Assembly (NCBI GenBank): GCA_044358425.1
Contig: CP054849.1
Coordinates: forward strand, 893,667-914,798
Direction of reading: 5' to 3'
Source of the DNA: Marine Group I thaumarchaeote
GTDB taxonomy: Archaea > Thermoproteota > Nitrososphaeria > Nitrososphaerales > Nitrosopumilaceae
Length of the DNA: 21,132 nt
A program made the translations under genes and the position numbers. Shown one piece after another: positions 1-9,091 of the stretch (its first letter is position 1; every line of letters starts with the position of its first letter). Under the pieces are notes generated by a model. The model did no database searches, was not told the DNA's origin, and saw only the letters and a list, made by a program, of their open reading frames with translations.

Positions 1-558
1 TCAGGTTATTCAATTCCAGATGTTATTCAAACTGATGCAGCTATTAATCCAGGAAATTCAGGAGGACCCCTATTAAACATGAGAGGAAACATAGTGGGGA
101 TTAATACTGCAATACAATCTACAACAGGGGAATTTACTGGAGTAGGATTTGCAGTTCCATCCCAAACGGTTGCAAAAATTGTTCCAACATTAATCAGTGA
201 TGGAGAATACAAACATCCATGGATTGGAATTTCAGGCAGAGATATTGATCCAGATACAGCAAACGTATTAGGATTAAAAGATGCATTAGGATTTCTAATC
301 ATAACAGTAGTAGAAAATAGTCCAGCATCAGATGCAGGACTTGTTGGTTCTGATAAAATGATAAAAGTAGATGGAATGGAATATCCAGTTGGCGGAGATA
401 TCATTATGGCAGTAGATGGAATGGATGTTAGAAAAATTGATGACATTTTGATACATCTTCAGAGAGTTAAAACAGTTGGAGATGAGATGAATCTAGAAAT
501 TTTGCGAGATGGTAGGACTACAAACGTTACAATTATTCTTCAAGAAAGACCAAATTGA
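1..558 (+). CDS. HtrA/DegP-type trypsin-like serine protease with PDZ domain (5'-partial)
   Basis: Frame is open from base 1: [29 protein letters not shown] contains the HtrA catalytic-Ser motif, followed by a PDZ-like segment (PWIGISG...SPASDAGL...GDIIMAVDG). The ORF track start at 79 is internal. Confidence 0.95.
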   Translation, partial: SGYSIPDVIQTDAAINPGNSGGPLLNMRGNIVGINTAIQSTTGEFTGVGFAVPSQTVAKIVPTLISDGEYKHPWIGISGRDIDPDTANVLGLKDALGFLIITVVENSPASDAGLVGSDKMIKVDGMEYPVGGDIIMAVDGMDVRKIDDILIHLQRVKTVGDEMNLEILRDGRTTNVTIILQERPN

Positions 559-605
559 AAATAAATGGATACAAGCATAAATACATCCACTAAAAAAATC
601 TTCTA

Positions 606-1775
606 ATGACTAATTTGATTTTAGAATCTGAGATACTAAATAATGTATTAGAGAATAAAGAAATTGATCGTCATGAAATAATAGATATTTATCAAAAATC
701 AATTAGTAATTCAAATGAATTATTTGCAACCGCACAAAAACTTCGAATTAGAAATAAAAATAATTCAGTAACCTTTTCCAAAAAAGCATTTTTCAATATA
801 ATTAATCTGTGTAAAGATACATGCTCATATTGCACATACAAAGCAGAACCCGGAGAAAAAAAAATTTCTTTAATGTCTAAACAACAAATTAAAGAATTAT
901 TACAATTAGCAAAAAAATACACATGTGTAGAAGCATTATTTGTGACAGGAGAACAACCAGAAAAAAAATATCCTGAAGCAAAAAATTGGTTAAAAGAAAA
1001 TGGATTCAAATCAACTGCAGAATATCTAATTCATTCATCTGAAGAGGCATTAGAATTAGGATTATTTCCACATACAAATGCAGGAAATTTGAATTATGAT
1101 GAAATGAAAGAGCTCAAAAAAACGAATGTTTCGATGGGAATAATGTTAGAAAACATTAGTGAGAGATTAACAAAAAAAGGAATGCCGCATTATTTAGCAG
1201 CCAGTAAAAAACCAAAAACACGATTAAAAATTTTAGAAAACTCAGGGAAATTACAAATTCCGATGACTACAGGTATTTTGGTAGGAATTGGAGAGACGAT
1301 TGAAGAAATTATCGATTCATTATTGGCAATAAAAGATCTTCATAAAAAATATGGAAATATTCAAGAAGTAATTTTACAAAATTTCCAACCAAAGCCAGAT
1401 ACAATAATGAAAGATTCACCATCAGCAAATGAAGAATATTTCAAAAAAATTGTAGCATTAACAAGAATTGTAATGCCAGAAATGAATATACAAATTCCAC
1501 CTAATTTGTCTCCAAAATCATATCAAAGTTTCTTAAAAGTAGGAATAAATGATTGGGGAGGAATTTCACCACTGACACCAGATTTCGTTAATCCAGAATT
1601 TTCTTGGCCAGAAATCAATAAAGTTGAAGATTATTCAAAGAAAGCAGGATATGACTTAAAATGCAGGTTTCCAATTTATCCCGAATTCTTTTCTTTTATT
1701 AGTAATAGGTTAAGGGATAAAATAGCAGTGATTCAAAATGAAGATGGGTACGTAAAGGAAGAGTATTGGAAATGA
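606..1775 (+). CDS. cofG: FO synthase subunit 1 (7,8-didemethyl-8-hydroxy-5-deazariboflavin synthase), radical SAM
   Basis: CxxxCxxC (CKDTCSYC), TFSK, EALFVTGE, PHTNAG, TTGILVGIGET, IQEVILQNF, IQIPPNL and DWGGISP motifs typical of CofG; directly followed by cofH. Confidence 0.93.
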   Translation: MTNLILESEILNNVLENKEIDRHEIIDIYQKSISNSNELFATAQKLRIRNKNNSVTFSKKAFFNIINLCKDTCSYCTYKAEPGEKKISLMSKQQIKELLQLAKKYTCVEALFVTGEQPEKKYPEAKNWLKENGFKSTAEYLIHSSEEALELGLFPHTNAGNLNYDEMKELKKTNVSMGIMLENISERLTKKGMPHYLAASKKPKTRLKILENSGKLQIPMTTGILVGIGETIEEIIDSLLAIKDLHKKYGNIQEVILQNFQPKPDTIMKDSPSANEEYFKKIVALTRIVMPEMNIQIPPNLSPKSYQSFLKVGINDWGGISPLTPDFVNPEFSWPEINKVEDYSKKAGYDLKCRFPIYPEFFSFISNRLRDKIAVIQNEDGYVKEEYWK

Positions 1776-3031
1776 CAATTAACGTAGATTCACTGTTTAG
1801 AAATGCAGATCCAGTTATATCTGAAATTTTAAACAAGGCCCTATCTGAAAAAGAGGTTTCAGCAAAAGAAGGTTTAGAACTATACAAAACAAAAGGAATT
1901 GATTTTCACTTAGTAGGGCTAGTTGCAGATGAATTACGAAAAAGAAGAGTTGGCAATATTGTATCTTATGTGGTAAATCGAAATATCAATTTCACAAATG
2001 TGTGTATAAAACAATGTGGTTTTTGTGCATTTAGCAGAGATTTTAGAGAAGAAGAAGGATATTTCCTACCTACAGAAGAAATTGTACGCAGAGCAAAAGA
2101 AGCACACAGTCTAGGTGCAACAGAAGTCTGTATTCAAGCAGGATTGCCTCCAGACATGGATGGAAATTTGTATGAAAACATATGCAGAGAAATCAAAAAA
2201 GAGATTCCAGACATACATATTCATGGATTTTCACCAGAAGAGATTCTATACGGAGCAACCAGATCAAATATCAAAATTGAAGAATTTCTAAAGAGAATGA
2301 AAGAAGCAGGAGTCGACACATTACCAGGAACATCTGCAGAAATATTAGATCAAAAATTAAGGGATAAAATTTCTCCAGGAAGAATAACAGTAGAACAATG
2401 GGAAGAAGTGATAAAAACAGCCCACAAAATTGGAATAAACACCACATCTACTATGATGTTTGGTCATTTAGAAAGTCTAGAACATAGAATTGAACATATT
2501 GTTAAATTAAGAGAAATACAAAAAGAGACAACAGGATTTACAGAATTTGTTCCATTAAATTTTGTCCATTCAGAAGCACCTATGTACAAACATCAACTAC
2601 ATGAAGGAATACAACAAGGCGGAAGTGGAAACGACGTATTACTTACACATGCAATTGCAAGAATTATGTTCAATAACACAATAGACAATATTCAGATGTC
2701 ATGGGTTAAAGAAGGTCAAAAAATGTCACAGCTGTTATTGATGTGGGGAGCAAATGATTTTGGAGGAACACTAATCAATGAAAGTATATCCACATCAGCA
2801 GGTTCAGAGTACGGACAATTGTTAAGACCAAAAGAAATTAGACGGATGGTTAGAGAGATTGGAAGAATTCCAGCGGAAAGAAATACACAATATAAAATGA
2901 TAAAAAAGTTTGAAACAGAAAATGAAGTAGACGAAGGGTTAGATAAAATAACAAATAACTCACAGTTTGGATCATATAAAGAATTAATTAAAATTAATAA
3001 ATTCAGATACAAAAACCCCAGAGAAGAATAA
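1772..3031 (+). CDS. cofH: FO synthase subunit 2, radical SAM
   Basis: YVVNRNINFTNVCIKQCGFCAF, LPGTSAEIL, TTSTMMFGH, FTEFVPLNF, NIQMSWVK and GANDFGGTLINESI motifs. ATG at 1772 overlaps the cofG stop (ATGA), preferred over TTG at 1766. Confidence 0.92.
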   Translation: MTINVDSLFRNADPVISEILNKALSEKEVSAKEGLELYKTKGIDFHLVGLVADELRKRRVGNIVSYVVNRNINFTNVCIKQCGFCAFSRDFREEEGYFLPTEEIVRRAKEAHSLGATEVCIQAGLPPDMDGNLYENICREIKKEIPDIHIHGFSPEEILYGATRSNIKIEEFLKRMKEAGVDTLPGTSAEILDQKLRDKISPGRITVEQWEEVIKTAHKIGINTTSTMMFGHLESLEHRIEHIVKLREIQKETTGFTEFVPLNFVHSEAPMYKHQLHEGIQQGGSGNDVLLTHAIARIMFNNTIDNIQMSWVKEGQKMSQLLLMWGANDFGGTLINESISTSAGSEYGQLLRPKEIRRMVREIGRIPAERNTQYKMIKKFETENEVDEGLDKITNNSQFGSYKELIKINKFRYKNPREE

Positions 3032-4393
3032 TTGTCAGCCTTAGAAAAGGCAATTACATATTCAAAAAAAGCAGGAATAGATGAATGTGAAATTGTTTCT
3101 GTTAAAAAAAATATTACTACAGTAAGAATTACAGATTCAGAAATAGTAGAAATTAAACAAAATTTTGATGAAAATTTTGGGATTAGATTAATACATAATA
3201 AAAAAATTGCATCGATACAAACAACTAATGAAGAAAATATACCAGGTTCAATAGCAAAAGGAATCAAATCAATTGAAAATCTAAAACCAAGAGAATTCTG
3301 GAGAGGATTACCAATAAAAAAAGAATCCCAACAACTAGAAGGGGTATTTGATAAAAAAATTAAATATATTTCAGGCTCAAAAGCTACGGATATCGCTCAA
3401 AATATGATTAATTCATCTGAGAATATTAAAATTAATACAATTACAGGATCTTTGAATTTAGTTTATGAAAATTTTGAATTAAGTAATTCTAATGGACTAG
3501 ATTTCAATAATGAATCAACATACATTTCAGGAATTATTAATGCAGAATCAGAAGAAAGCATTGTACCAGTTTCAGGAATTGGACATGCATGTGGTAGAAC
3601 ATTGTCAGAATTCTCATCAGAACAAATAGGAATTGATGCAAAAAATATGTGTACAAATTCAATTAATCCAAAAAAAATTGATTCAGACACATATTCCATA
3701 ATTTTTGAACCATACTCAGTGGGAGAAATGTTATCATTTGTAATAGCATCAAATTTTAATTTTAAAACATTCAAAGAAAAAAAAAGTTGCTTCTACAATA
3801 AATATAAAGAGAAAATTTCAATGGAAGAATTCAATTTAACAGATAATCCACATATCCCAGAAGGAATAGGAACAAAGTCAATAGACAGTGAAGGAGTAAA
3901 AACTGAGAAGAACAAATTGATTGAAAATGGAATTTTTACAAATGTTTTTTCTAATCTATATGACAGTTACAAAGAAGGGGAAAAAAAATCATCAGGAAAT
4001 GCAATAAGAGTAGGGTCACCTATAGGAAACAGTGCAGAACCAATTCCAATTTCAGCCCCACATAATTTGATAGTCACACCAGGAAATAGTAAACAAGAAG
4101 ACATGATCAAAGACACCAAACAAGGTATCCTAATAGGAAGATTATGGTACACATATGCAGTTAATCCAATTAAAGGAGATTTCTCATGTACTGCAAGAAG
4201 CGGAATACAAATTATAAAAAATGGGGAAATCATAGGACCTGGAAAATCAGTAAGAATAGTACATAATCTTCCAAAATTATTAAACAACATATCAGATATT
4301 GGAAATGATCAACGTCAAGTAATTCAATGGGCATCATTACCATCAATTACCCCATCAATCAAAGTTGAAAATATTGCAGTTAATTCAATTTAG
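3032..4393 (+). CDS. TldD/PmbA family protein, PmbA(TldE)-like non-catalytic subunit
   Basis: Family architecture (FGIRL, LTDNP...DSEGV, LIENGIF, GNAIR, NPIKGDFS, PSIKVENI); no HExxxH zinc motif. TTG start immediately after the cofH TAA. Confidence 0.88.
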   Translation: MSALEKAITYSKKAGIDECEIVSVKKNITTVRITDSEIVEIKQNFDENFGIRLIHNKKIASIQTTNEENIPGSIAKGIKSIENLKPREFWRGLPIKKESQQLEGVFDKKIKYISGSKATDIAQNMINSSENIKINTITGSLNLVYENFELSNSNGLDFNNESTYISGIINAESEESIVPVSGIGHACGRTLSEFSSEQIGIDAKNMCTNSINPKKIDSDTYSIIFEPYSVGEMLSFVIASNFNFKTFKEKKSCFYNKYKEKISMEEFNLTDNPHIPEGIGTKSIDSEGVKTEKNKLIENGIFTNVFSNLYDSYKEGEKKSSGNAIRVGSPIGNSAEPIPISAPHNLIVTPGNSKQEDMIKDTKQGILIGRLWYTYAVNPIKGDFSCTARSGIQIIKNGEIIGPGKSVRIVHNLPKLLNNISDIGNDQRQVIQWASLPSITPSIKVENIAVNSI

Positions 4394-4413
4394 GCATAAA
4401 ATTTAGGCACATA

Positions 4414-5349
4414 TTATTTAAAAAACGTAGTTACCAAATACAAAATATATCCTGTTGCCAAAATAATACCCATAGTTCTGTTAATGATTTTAGTTTTCAA
4501 TCCAATCAATAATGAAAGACTAAAGATAATCATTATTGCATAATCCACATAAACATCTGAAGTTATCAAAACACCACCAAGGGCAGCACCTACACCCATG
4601 ATCATCAAGACATTGTAAATATTGCTTCCAATAATATTTCCAATTCCAATGTCACTGTGTCCTTTACGAATTGCAATAATGGAAGTGATTAATTCAGGAA
4701 GAGAGGTTCCAATTGCAATTACAGTTAATCCAATAATTTTTTCAGATAAACCAAATTCAGATGCAATAATTACAGCATTATCAACTGTGAGTATAGCACC
4801 AATATACAATACAACAATTCCAATTGCAATTAATCCAAAAGATTTTAGATAAATATTATTTTTAGTATTTTCAGAATCATCAGTGACTTTTGTTCTTTGT
4901 TTTAATGCATCTCTAAATGTGAAAAATGCAAAGACTCCAAGTCCAACAAGAAGTAATCCACCATCGTGCATAGAAAGTTCACCATCAATAGAAAGCAAGA
5001 CAAGCAATAAAGAAACACCCAACATTATCGGGATTTCTTTTCTTAATACAGATTTTTGAATTGCAACAGGAATCAAAATTGCAGATACTCCAATCACCAT
5101 ACCAACATTTGCAATATTACTTCCAACAATATTTCCCAAAATTATTGCACCGTGATCACCAGCTGCTGCAATACTTGCTGCAAGTTCGGGAGTAGATGTT
5201 CCATATGCAACAATAGTCATACCGATTACAAGATTACTGATACGAAACTTTTTAGCAATTCCAACTCCACCACTAACTAGCCAATTCCCACCAAAACACA
5301 ACATCACCAATCCAATAACAAGTAATGCAGCACTTAGTATGACTTCCAC
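4414..5349 (-). CDS. Calcium/sodium antiporter (CaCA superfamily, YrbG-like)
   Basis: Two alpha-repeats GTSTPEL...GNIVGSNIAN and GTSLPEL...GNIIGSNIYN; about 10 hydrophobic segments; GTG start. Confidence 0.93.
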   Translation of the reverse strand: MEVILSAALLVIGLVMLCFGGNWLVSGGVGIAKKFRISNLVIGMTIVAYGTSTPELAASIAAAGDHGAIILGNIVGSNIANVGMVIGVSAILIPVAIQKSVLRKEIPIMLGVSLLLVLLSIDGELSMHDGGLLLVGLGVFAFFTFRDALKQRTKVTDDSENTKNNIYLKSFGLIAIGIVVLYIGAILTVDNAVIIASEFGLSEKIIGLTVIAIGTSLPELITSIIAIRKGHSDIGIGNIIGSNIYNVLMIMGVGAALGGVLITSDVYVDYAIMIIFSLSLLIGLKTKIINRTMGIILATGYILYLVTTFFK

Positions 5350-5576
5350 AACGAAATTTCACAGTATGGTTGTTTAAAGGAGATGATTCACTATATTTTC
5401 ACAAATGTAACAATTCAAGTTAAGTTCAAAAAATAACATATTTTTGCAAAAACATACTCAATTTTAGGAATTAAAATCCCAAAAATAACCAAAACAGGTG
5501 TAAAAAAACTACCCATATAGATAAAAAATAGACAAGTCAAAGACTAATAAGGTAATGTACCGTACCATACAGTATA

Positions 5577-5921
5577 ATGAAAGCAAGACTAACTTATGTC
5601 CCACTAGAAGTGGCAGATCAATTCGAAGACTTCATCATAGAAAGAGAAGAGCAAATTCTAGATGCAGTAAAAGCAAGAACCAAAGATTTCAGCACGTTAT
5701 CTTTGTTAAAGTTGTTATATCAACTCAAAGGAAATCCAATGACATTTTCACATCTATATTCAAAATCAAAAATTAGAATGAAAAAATCATTTTTGAATTA
5801 CTTACACCTTTGTGTGAACTACAGCTTTATAGAAAAAGAAACAGTTGGACCAAATGTAATCTATACAATTACAGATAAAGGAAGAATGATGTTAAATCTG
5901 TTCATGCAAAAAAGTAATTAG
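5577..5921 (+). CDS. Winged helix-turn-helix DNA-binding protein
   Basis: C-terminal half (MTFSHLYSKS...FLNYLHLC...FIEK...YTITDKGRMML) has the archaeal wHTH 'YxITxKG' wing signature; N-terminal ~40 aa unexplained. Confidence 0.75.
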   Translation: MKARLTYVPLEVADQFEDFIIEREEQILDAVKARTKDFSTLSLLKLLYQLKGNPMTFSHLYSKSKIRMKKSFLNYLHLCVNYSFIEKETVGPNVIYTITDKGRMMLNLFMQKSN

Positions 5922-5942
5922 ATAGAGTATAGCGTTGAAATT

Positions 5943-6668
5943 GTGCAAAAAGGATTTCCAGAAGCTGAAATATTTGAAATTAAAAAAACAGAGCTAAAGA
6001 ACCCAATAATTTTTGCAGGATTTGTAGGTGCAGGTCTTGTAGGACCGTTGGCAATCAACCATATAATTACAGAATTGAAAATGACAGAAATTGCAGTGAT
6101 GAGATCAAAATATCTTCCACCATCAACAGTTTTCATGAGAGGTAGATTACGTCACCCATTTAGATTCTATGCAAATGAAAATGGAACAATTTGTGCAATA
6201 ATTTGTGAAATTACATTAAGGATGGACGGATTGTATTCACTAGTATCATCAATTTTAGATTGGGCTGAAAAAAATGGATCAAAAGAAATAGTGATTTTAG
6301 ATGGGGTTGCAAGTACAGAGCACGACGACAAAGCATATTGTGCAGCAGAAGAAGATTTAATCAGAACCATGGCAGACAAAGACATTAGTTTAATTCCACA
6401 GGGATTCATCACAGGGATTCCAGGAGGCATTCTAAATGAGTGTCTAGTTAGAGAAATTCAAGGATTGACATTATTGGCAAAAGCAAACAAAATAGAGCCA
6501 GATTCAGGCGCAGCTGCAACTCTAATTGAGGCATTAAACAGATTTTATGAGATGGAAATAGACACATCAGATTTACAAGAGGAGAAAGAAAGAATCCATT
6601 CAGAATTTAGCGAATTATCTCAAAAATATGTGGAACATAGAGAAGAGATATCTGGAATGTACATGTGA
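5943..6668 (+). CDS. PAC2-family proteasome assembly chaperone (PbaA/PbaB-like)
   Basis: GFVGAGLVGPLA N-terminal motif, PFRFY, GFITGIPGGIL, PDSGAAATL and a C-terminal HbYX tail (M-Y-M). Confidence 0.88.
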   Translation: MQKGFPEAEIFEIKKTELKNPIIFAGFVGAGLVGPLAINHIITELKMTEIAVMRSKYLPPSTVFMRGRLRHPFRFYANENGTICAIICEITLRMDGLYSLVSSILDWAEKNGSKEIVILDGVASTEHDDKAYCAAEEDLIRTMADKDISLIPQGFITGIPGGILNECLVREIQGLTLLAKANKIEPDSGAAATLIEALNRFYEMEIDTSDLQEEKERIHSEFSELSQKYVEHREEISGMYM

Positions 6669-6717
6669 TCGAAATAACAGGCAAATTCTTTTATTCACAA
6701 CAAATGCGGAACAAATT

Positions 6718-7740
6718 ATGACTTTAACATACAAAAAAGCAGGAGTAGATATTTCAAAAATTAAACAAAGTCAAAAGGCAATTGGTAAACTAATTACATC
6801 AACTCACAAACTTCAGAAAAAAGCAAAGATAGCTCATGGTTTTGGGCATTATGCAGGAATTGTAGAAATTCCTGGAGGAAAATTATTAGCGACACATACA
6901 GATGGTGTAGGAACTAAAGTAGTAATTGCAAATATGATGAAAAAATACAACACAATAGGAATTGATTGTGTTGCAATGAATGTAAATGACATTATTTGTA
7001 TTGGTGCAACACCAATATCATTTGTAGATTATATTGCTGCAAATAAAAATGACGTACCAATATTTAAAAAAATTGTAGAAGGGTTAGTCACAGGTGCAAA
7101 AAAATCTTCAATGCCAATTGTTGGTGGAGAAACTGCAATTATGCCAGATGTAATTGAAGGAAAAGGATTTGCATTTGATTTAGCAGGAATGGTTGTAGGT
7201 CTATTAGATAAAAAAGATATGATTTTAGGAAATAAAATTAAAGCAGGTGATGCAATTATCGGAGTAAATAGTTCAGGAATTCATTCAAATGGATATTCAC
7301 TTGCAAGAAAAGCTTTGCTAACAAAATATTCAATTAAAGATAAAGTGAAAGGAGTTGGAACTATAGGAGATGCACTACTAAAACCCACAGAAATTTATAC
7401 AAACCCAGTTCTTGAAATTAATCAAAAATGTAAGATAAATGGACTAGCACATATCACAGGAGGATCATTTACCAAACTACTACGCCTCAAAAACATAGGT
7501 TATGAGATAGATTCACTTCCAAAAATACCTCCAATAATGGGATTAATAGAGGAACAAGGAGTAAAACCAGAAGAAATGTACAAAACTTTCAACATGGGAG
7601 TAGGATTCTGCATAATGGCACCAAAAGAGCAGGTAAGTAAAATTGAATCAATATTTAAAAAACATAAGATCAAAACCCAGCAAATAGGTCAAGTAATTTC
7701 TAAAAAAGGAGTTTCAGTAAACTCAATAAAAATTGCTTAA
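6718..7740 (+). CDS. purM: Phosphoribosylformylglycinamidine cyclo-ligase (AIR synthetase)
   Basis: TYKKAGVD, TDGVGTK, DCVAMNVND, GGETA, SSGIHSNGYSLAR, AHITGG, TFNMGVG. Start set to ATG 6718; the track's 6628 start overlaps the PAC2 gene. Confidence 0.97.
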   Translation: MTLTYKKAGVDISKIKQSQKAIGKLITSTHKLQKKAKIAHGFGHYAGIVEIPGGKLLATHTDGVGTKVVIANMMKKYNTIGIDCVAMNVNDIICIGATPISFVDYIAANKNDVPIFKKIVEGLVTGAKKSSMPIVGGETAIMPDVIEGKGFAFDLAGMVVGLLDKKDMILGNKIKAGDAIIGVNSSGIHSNGYSLARKALLTKYSIKDKVKGVGTIGDALLKPTEIYTNPVLEINQKCKINGLAHITGGSFTKLLRLKNIGYEIDSLPKIPPIMGLIEEQGVKPEEMYKTFNMGVGFCIMAPKEQVSKIESIFKKHKIKTQQIGQVISKKGVSVNSIKIA

Positions 7741-7814
7741 TTTAACAACAATAAAATAATTTTTAGCTTGGTATCATCTTATATTACAGATTTCTGTGAT
7801 TTTACTAGATAGTA

Positions 7815-9062
7815 ATGAGTGAAGCCCATTTTATAGAGACAATAATTGGAGTAGGAATACTTCTATTTGCAGCAAAACTAATGGCAGAGCTTTTCCTCAG
7901 ATTAAAGCTCCCAATTGTGTTAGGAGAATTATTAGCAGGAATGATTGTCGGTCCATTTGCTTTAGGGGCGTTTTTTGTAATTGATGGAAAGCAATTACTT
8001 CAGATAAACGATGAAATAAGAATACTAGGAGAAATGGGTGCAATTGTAATTCTGTTTATGGCAGGATTGGAAATGACACCAAAAGAATTCCTTAAAGGAG
8101 GAAAAGCATCTTTTACAGTAGGAACGTTAGGTGTGGTTGTTCCATTTTTTGCAGGATTAGCAGTTTTCCAAATGTTTGGATTTGATGCATTACAATCAAT
8201 GTTAATTGCAACAGCGCTTACAGCGACAAGTATTGCAATTTCAATTCAAGTATTGAGTGAATTTGGAAAAATCAAAACACCCGAAGCTAGATTAATCATA
8301 GGTGCTGCAGTAGTAGACGATATTTTAGCAATTGCAGTATTATCAGTGGTATCATCAATTGCAGGATCAGATGGCGGAGTAGACAACATAGACATCACAG
8401 AAGTCACAATTACAATTTTGAAAGTATTAGGATTCTTTGTAATAATGTTAGTAGTTGCAGTTGTAGTAATACCAAAAATAATTACACCAAGATTATGGAA
8501 AGCAAAAGGCAGTGTGGAAGGAATTGCAACAGCGTCTTTCTTTGGTGCAGCAGCACTTGCAGGATCCATTGGACTATCACCGATAGTAGGAGCGTTTGCG
8601 GTAGGAATGGCATTATCAACCACAAAAGTATTTGAGAAAATTGAAAACTATATTGGAAAAATAGGATTGATTTTTGCACCATTATTCTTTGCAATCATTG
8701 GAGCACAAGTAGACTTGAGAGCAGTTAATTTAGAGATTTTGATGATAAGTGCCGTAGTTATCATAATTGCAGTTGTAACAAAATTAGGCGGTTGTGGATT
8801 ACCGGCAATGTTCTTTTTGAAAAGTAAGGCACAAGGAATGAGAGTAGGCATAGGTATGATTTCAAGAGGGGAAGTAGGATTAATTGTTGCAGGAGTAGGG
8901 GTTACAGCAGGAATTCTTACATCAGAAGTATACTCAACAATAGTAATCATGGTAGCAGTAACAACAATTATCACACCAATTTGGTTGAAAATGGAGTATA
9001 GAAAAGAACAAAAAAATGACAATAACGAATCAAATAAAACAGTAGAACAAAAATCAGAATAA
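7815..9062 (+). CDS. Cation:proton antiporter (CPA2, NapA/Kef-like Na+/H+ exchanger)
   Basis: LFMAGLE, ATSIAIS, AAVVDDI, GAFAVG and GMISRGEVGL motifs; highly hydrophobic. Confidence 0.92.
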   Translation: MSEAHFIETIIGVGILLFAAKLMAELFLRLKLPIVLGELLAGMIVGPFALGAFFVIDGKQLLQINDEIRILGEMGAIVILFMAGLEMTPKEFLKGGKASFTVGTLGVVVPFFAGLAVFQMFGFDALQSMLIATALTATSIAISIQVLSEFGKIKTPEARLIIGAAVVDDILAIAVLSVVSSIAGSDGGVDNIDITEVTITILKVLGFFVIMLVVAVVVIPKIITPRLWKAKGSVEGIATASFFGAAALAGSIGLSPIVGAFAVGMALSTTKVFEKIENYIGKIGLIFAPLFFAIIGAQVDLRAVNLEILMISAVVIIIAVVTKLGGCGLPAMFFLKSKAQGMRVGIGMISRGEVGLIVAGVGVTAGILTSEVYSTIVIMVAVTTIITPIWLKMEYRKEQKNDNNESNKTVEQKSE

Positions 9063-9091
9063 ATTTTAACAGTGAAAAACATAGAGAAAAT

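Noticed and set aside
566-589. TGGAT...ATCCA inverted repeat flanking the putative cofG TATA element
   Set aside because: Only 5 bp per arm; expected by chance.
1772-3031. CofH-like protein as MqnC/MqnE of the futalosine pathway
   Set aside because: Translational coupling to a clear cofG favours FO synthase.
606-4393. Two radical SAM genes plus a Tld-family peptidase as a RiPP cluster
   Set aside because: The radical SAM proteins carry CofG/CofH-specific motifs, there is no SPASM/RRE domain and no adjacent precursor peptide.
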